Origin: Octopus vulgaris
Taxonomy: Eukaryota
Assembly (NCBI GenBank): GCA_951406725.2
Contig: OX597821.1
Coordinates: 20,646,001 to 20,710,000, forward strand
DNA: 64,000 nucleotides
Direction: 5' to 3'
Positions 57,437-64,000 of the stretch are shown in pieces; within the stretch, counting starts at the first letter, position 1, and every line of letters starts with the position of its first letter. A program made the position numbers and the translations under genes. The notes beneath the pieces were generated by a model that had not been told where the DNA came from, did no database searches, and saw only the letters and a list, made by a program, of their open reading frames with translations.

Positions 57437-57547
57437 GTATAGGAAATTTTGCTACACTTCAGTTTCATTTTTACTGTACCATATTCTGTATGTATGCATG
57501 AATATGTGTATGTATAGGTATGAATAAAAATATATACTCAATGCACT
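56888..57547. repeat. ~113-bp inverted repeat extended by (TATC)n/(GATA)n
   Basis: 56888-57000 versus 57435-57547, about 6 mismatches by manual comparison. Confidence 0.9.
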
Positions 57548-58093
57548 CAATTTGCTTGCAAACCAAGACATACTGTATGGCGTGTGTGTATGTGAGTCCA
57601 TGCATGTATAAAATGCAAACGCATTTATGAATAAGAATGGCTATCAAACTCGCCTTAGTAAAATAAAGATGGTACTCTGATTAATTATGTTTTCTATGCT
57701 TCCAGTCCATGTTTTACTATACTTAAATATATCTATACATAGCAAAGGTACAGAATCACAAATGTACATAAATATATATGCATGTGTATATCTTCATGTA
57801 GGTAATTTTTTTACTTGTATATATATATTCATATATTACTGTAATATCAGCGCCAAGGAGTGTTTTGCCTCAAGCAAACATTAGATTACTTAAAATATGT
57901 TTGAGACATATTTCAACTGCTGAAAGCAAATTCACTGCAGTTACTGGGCAGAAAATTTCTCGTCGACTTAAGTATTTGCCATTGTAAAAGAAAGAAACGT
58001 CAAAGTCTTAAAATCCGACAGGTGGTAGCACTCGACAGATATGCTGTTTTTACCCCATTTAAACAACAGCGATAATTTTTTTATCCCCGGTAA

Positions 58094-58300
58094 CTGCCTC
58101 AAGTATCTCCATGGGGTGGACATAGATATCTTCAAAAGAAATCTGAACCTACTCCTCTCAAGTGTTCTGGATGAACCTATATCGCAACAGGAAACGCAGA
58201 TTATGGCAGCAACATGAAGCTCCCTCATTCATCAAATGTTACACGTCTGAGGTGGTTTGTTTCAAATAGCGAAAGTGTAGCAATGCTAATAGTGATGCAC
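58094..58300 (+). mobile_element. 3' fragment of an APE-RT LINE
   Basis: LHGVDIDIFKRNLNLLLSSVLDEPISQQE..AAT*SSLIHQM. Confidence 0.7.
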
Positions 58301-58733
58301 TAACCCATGAGAGAATCTGTTCTCCACATAATTATCCTTCTATCAACCTCTCTAGTGTAAGGCTTTTCTTTGTATTATTTGTAGGATATCCTCTACAGAA
58401 TGAGAATTTACAAAGACATCTATGCAGGCGTTAACACTTACCAATTGTTTTAGATGAGGGATGCATTTGTCTATAGATAATTTTGTTTTTAAGGGACTAC
58501 AGTGTCACTTGCAGTGGCTTTAATGCCATTTTTTTGCATGTCACACTACCATATCCATTTAGTTATAATTATTTTCAATCTTTCTCCGAATGAGCAAATT
58601 TTTGATAAACGGAGTGTGTTGCTTGTTATTTTGTTAAACAGCAAGATATATCACGTGCTATACTCCCCACAAATCTGTACTCTAATGGAAATCTGAGACA
58701 GTTCAAATGTATTTGTGGATTACAGAGAGACAT

Positions 58734-59052
58734 TACTCTTTTACTCCATTACTTCTTTCAGTCATTTGACGGCAGCCATACTGGAGCACCGCCTTTATTC
58801 GAGCAAATCGACCCCCAGGACTATTCTATCGGTCTATTTTGCCGAACCGTTAAGTTACGGAGGCGTAAACACACTACCATGCATATAAATATGCATATAT
58901 ACGACGGGCTTCTTTCAGTTTCCGTCTAGCAAATCCACTCACAAGGCTTTGGTCGGCCCGAGGCTATAGTAGAAGACAGTTGCCCATGGTGCCACACAGT
59001 GGGCCTGAACCCGGAACCATGTGGTTGGCAAGGAAGCTACTACCACACAACC
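58734..59052 (-). mobile_element. SINE family 1 with internal deletions
   Basis: Matches the 7808-8216 copy. Confidence 0.85.
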
Positions 59053-59257
59053 AAATCTAAGGAGGTATCTGGCACATTTTGGTTATATCTGTTTGAATAA
59101 GAACATAAACGTCATAGCGTTCGCCAAAACCGAGCGTAGAAATCTGAAGTATCAATTTACAACGTTTCACAGACTGCTAAAACGTGGATATATACATTTC
59201 GTGTATATGCATGTATGTATGTATGTATGTATGTATGTATGTATATATCCATGTATG

Positions 59258-59321
<64 letters not shown>

Positions 59322-60162
59322 TATGTATGTACGTATGTATGAATGTATGTATGTGTACCTATGTGTTAATGCATGTATGTATAAATAGAGACATACGAAG
59401 CAGCACTGACTGCATCGTTAGATGAACAAATATATTTAACACATTCTTGTATATTCGGACAGGAAGCGATCTTTGATGAGCAAATCGTCTAAGCAGAAAA
59501 AGTTTCTACATAGACAATATGCGTGAAAACACACCAATGGGATATTAATGGCCTCAGCGGAGCCCAGAAGGCGTACGATTATTTTTCGTTAATTTTCATC
59601 TGTTACGAACTTAAAATCTGTCATGCATTTCCCTGTAACAACGGTCGTTCATTCATGTAGACATCAAATAGTTTATCTGCTGATATGTTCCAGGCTTAAT
59701 TCACCTGGAATTTAATTAACTAGAGACCCAGGAAGCAGACTTAAATTGAAATATGGCTTATATAAATATATTTAATAGATTCAGCGAGAAGGTCACGGGA
59801 TAAAATATTCTCCTTACAGGTAATATGTGCGAAAAGCAATCCTGGGACATGAATATCATGATAGGACCGAAGTATGCATATATTCCTGTATCGTCAACAC
59901 GCATCTTCTGTGTCGTAAGGAGCAAATACGCAATTGCTGGTGTGTGCATTGTGTTATGAAACTGGAATTAATTAACAGAAAAATTCTGTCAATATCATTC
60001 ACAATAAGTTATATTTCAATGAAAATTGACTGGTTGAGTAGCACATTTGAATATACCAACAAAATTCAGTTGAAGTACTATGAGTCAGCTTATATATATA
60101 CATACATGCATACATACATACGTATATACATACATACATACATACATACATACATACATACA

Positions 60163-60198
<36 letters not shown>

Positions 60199-60392
60199 TA
60201 TATCTGAGCATATTTGTACACGTGACGCATATATACTCTAGCACATATGTACGACCATTAATCACTCCATCTATAAACACCAACAGACATTCGAAACTAT
60301 TTTTTACTAAATTAACATAAAGTACACATAAACGAAATATGAAAATTCTTTAATATATCAAATAAAATACTCTCATATATATACATATATAC

Positions 60393-60481
<89 letters not shown>

Positions 60482-60521
60482 TATATAGATTATACATAAT
60501 ATATGCATATTATATATATGT

Positions 60522-60867
<346 letters not shown>

Positions 60868-61175
60868 TGAGAGTATGTGTGTGTTTGCGTGTGTATATGT
60901 ATGTTACGTCCATATTTAATATATTTTATTGGAGAAGTTTTGTACTTCATTTGTATATACTTTATGTTAATTGGGGACAATATGATGCCAGTATCCTTTG
61001 GTGTTTATGTATAAAATGATTAATAGTGGCCTCATATTTTTCCTTGGTTTTTGTTTACGCCATTTCTTAGCAGAGGCAAGTCACGGCGATATAATGCGCT
61101 AACTGATGTTTTCACAATAATACATGAACACTTTTACTTGAAAACGTCATGTCTTTCATTTATCACTGTATATAT

Positions 61176-61222
<47 letters not shown>

Positions 61223-61259
61223 AATATATATATTGCAGGCAGCCCAAGAATCACTATAA

Positions 61260-61359
61260 NNNNNNNNNNNNNNNNNNNNNNNNNNNNNNNNNNNNNNNNN
61301 NNNNNNNNNNNNNNNNNNNNNNNNNNNNNNNNNNNNNNNNNNNNNNNNNNNNNNNNNNN
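61260..61359. other. Assembly gap (100 N)
   Basis: Run of N. Confidence 1.
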
Positions 61360-61543
61360 TATAACTTAATATAATTAGATAGATAGATAGACAAAATATC
61401 TCTCCTCTTCCTCTTCTCTCTTGCTCTCTTCTCTTGGCTCCCAATCTCTCCTTAAGTACATAGACGCTCTCTTTCTCTATTACCCCCCTACTATTGGATT
61501 AATATAACTTAACATAATTAGATAGATAGATAATATATCAAGA

Positions 61544-62307
61544 ATGTCCAGAGCTTGGAAACGTGATGAACTGGCGTGGTTCCTGCGAGGATGGCAATGC
61601 GCTGACGGAGAAAGTCCAAGTAACATAATTGCGGCAGCACTAAGGAACAAAGGATTCAAAAGGACGTCAGCACAAATAGAGCGGAAGAGGCAAGAGTTCG
61701 TACGCTCATACGCACTTGTCAGATCGCACATAAACACACTGGATGCCATTTTTAACAGCGAAAAACGCGAACAAAGTAAATATGGCAAGGATGGAGACGC
61801 GGGCGCAGATGAGGAGGGTCACCCCCACCTGGTGGACGCCCAGGAAGAAAACTCCAGCGAGAGGCCTGCCCGGGAGGTGAACCCAGGTACGGATGCTCCT
61901 ACCGGCACCAAAAGCCATGGACATGGAGATGAAGAGGCCAAAAAAAGAGGAAAACTGAAGCTAAAACTCAGACAAAGCCAAGGGGCAAGGCAGCCAGGGA
62001 TAGAGGCAAATCTAACTGTCCATATGCCAAAAAGGATGGAAACAAGCAGCGCACACGGGTATGTAGGTTCTACCTGAAAGGTGCCTGCCGGCATGGAGAG
62101 GAAGGTGCAGGCTGCCGCTTTGCACATCCGGGACCCTGCCACAGAAACCAACCACCGAAAGGAAATGGGATGGACCACGCATCACCGGCCCCAAAACGGA
62201 GGTACGCAGATGTGGTGCGTACCACAAACCACCAACGTGTTGTTGAAAGGGCAGCTGCTGAGCAGGAATCTTTTTGTGCATGGCACAAAAGATTGTACAG
62301 CAGCTAA
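61544..62307 (+). CDS. LINE ORF1: N-terminal Myb/SANT-like domain plus CCCH zinc finger (one -1 frameshift between 61933 and 62077)
   Basis: MSRAWKRDELAWFLRGW..IAAALRNKGFKRTSAQIERKRQEFVRSY. The alternate frame encodes CRFYLKGACRHGEEGAGCRFAH at 62062-62127. The true stop codon is uncertain. Confidence 0.7.
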
Positions 62308-62335
62308 CCTGGCTCCATCAGGCTCAGGCTCGCAG

Positions 62336-64000
62336 ATGGAACTGCCCACGGTTCACAAGACCACCACAGCAGATGGACCCAGGGTGGACACCACCGGCAA
62401 CAGCATACACCTCACCTCGATGCTCCTACTGAACATCAGAGGACTACTAACACACAGTAACAGGACAAAAGTCCCGTTCCTGAGAGACTTTGTCGCATGC
62501 AATCAAGCCTTATGCATAGCACTCACAGAAACGCATCTGAAACCGGACATAGCAGATGCGGAATTACACATACCACAGTATGTTGTACTACGGACCGACA
62601 GGAAAGAAAGAAGTCATGGAGGAGTTGCTATGTACATCCGTGGGGACCTCACACCCCAGGTCCTTTTGTCATACTCAAACTCGGTGTGTGACACACTAAT
62701 TGTACACATAAGGCAACTTGATGTAGTTGTGTGTGCTACATATCGCCCTCCAGATGCCCCAAGTCATATGGGCAAGTTTGAGGACTGCCTTTTAAAAATA
62801 GAAGAAGTTCTAACCACATTAGAACAACACATAAGTGTACTTCTCATGGGAGACTTCAATCTACCGAATGTCAGATGGCCCGAGGGCCTTTCTCTCCCAG
62901 GAATGACAAGATGTGAACGAGGACAGGCGAGGTCCCTCCTGAACCTCACCAACACCCTGTACATGGAGCAAGTAATACTCCAACCAACCAGAGCGGGTAA
63001 CACACTGGATCTCTGCTTCACAAATAATATGGATCTCATCCATAATGTGAAAGTGACACCGACACTACTCTCGGATCACAACATGGTAGAGCTGACCATG
63101 TACGGGCCAAAAGAGAGCACGGACATGCAGCCTACAAGAAACCTCAGAATCTTTCCAGCTTGAACTTCAATAAGGCAAACTGGAAACAAATTGAGAAAGA
63201 GATCCTCAAACAAAACTGGCCTGAATGTCTCGCCTCGCCGGACATCGACATGATACTTCAACAATTCATGTCTGTAATGCAAGCCATATGCTACAAATGT
63301 GTCCCAGAGAGAAAGGCCACTGTACACAAGAACAAAATCCCCAGAGAGAGAAAAATTTTAATGAGACGGCGCACAAAAATCTCAAATCGCCTAAACAAAC
63401 AAATTGAAAGCAGTGAAAAGTCCCGCCTGAAAATAAAACTGTTGGAAATTGAAAATTGTCTGCAACTCTCCCATGAGAAGGAAAGAGCAGACAAAGAAGC
63501 CTGGGCTATAGACAACATAAAAACTAACCCCAGAGCTTTCTACAGGTATGCCAAAGAAACAGCTACGGTGCACTGTAGGATAGGGCCACTCCTTGAAAAG
63601 GATGGCACACTCACAGGAAAACCAATGAGGGTAAGTGAAATACTGAATGAACAATTCAAGAGTGTTTTCACTCCACCCCTTGGGCATTTCCAAATCACCA
63701 ATCCAACTGACTTTTTTACCACTGCAGATATAGAATCAGAGGCGGCGACGTTAAATTACATCGATATAAAGGAAGACGATGTAATAAAGGCTATAGATGA
63801 AATGAAAATAGACTCAGCTATTGGCCCCGATGGATTCCCGGCAATCCTCCTAAAAGTATGTAAGAGAGTCTTAGCAAGACCACTGCAGTTCCTCTTTCAG
63901 AGCTTCCTTGCAGCTGGCAAACTTCCAAGAAAACTGAAGGAAGGTAAAATATGCCCTATTCATAAAGGAGGTAGCAGAGCGGAGGCCAAGAACTACAGAC
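62336..64000 (+). CDS. LINE ORF2: APE endonuclease and start of reverse transcriptase (one -1 frameshift near 63090-63160)
   Basis: APE motifs LNIRGL, LTETHL, GGVAMY, YRPP, GDFN, LDL and SDH. The shifted frame is open to the window end with GPDGFP..LLK and CPIHKGGSRAEAKNYR. Confidence 0.9.

Larger units (their letters stand above)
61360..64000 (+). mobile_element. Young APE-RT non-LTR retrotransposon (CR1/L2-group or Proto2-like), runs off the window
   Basis: Sharp rise in GC content; 5' UTR, ORF1 and ORF2 in the canonical order, with no in-frame stops apart from two frameshifts. Confidence 0.92.

Noticed and set aside
62081-62335. N-terminal 85 aa of the 360-aa ORF in the track
   Set aside because: Starts at a GTG and overlaps the ORF1 zinc-finger frame; ORF2 more plausibly starts at or after ATG 62336.

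Overview
AT-rich, microsatellite-saturated animal DNA with no recognisable host protein-coding gene. The SINE families and the density of (TA)n, (AAT)n and (GATA)n repeats suggest an octopus or other cephalopod genome (inference from recall, not a database search). Contents: two tRNA-type SINE families (about 20 copies or fragments); two R4/Dong-type retrotransposon fragments inside (TAA)n; an L1/Tx1-like 3' end inside (TATC)n; decayed Tc1 and mariner transposons; a hAT-type MITE; a non-autonomous Helitron; old APE-RT LINE fragments; a 100-N gap; and a young, nearly intact APE-RT LINE at the right edge whose ORF1 carries a Myb/SANT-like domain and a CCCH zinc finger. The main signal is a set of short non-coding inserts in (TA)n tracts carrying type I hammerhead ribozyme motifs (Penelope pLTR or retrozyme-like). 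They include a fully canonical core at 48868-48915, an apparent G3:C8 core-swap variant at 50253-50299, and a ~520-535 bp hammerhead monomer in circularly permuted, tandem and inverted copies (50401-51690). Several fold-back inverted duplications are also anchored on microsatellites. Most ORFs in the supplied track are repeat translations.
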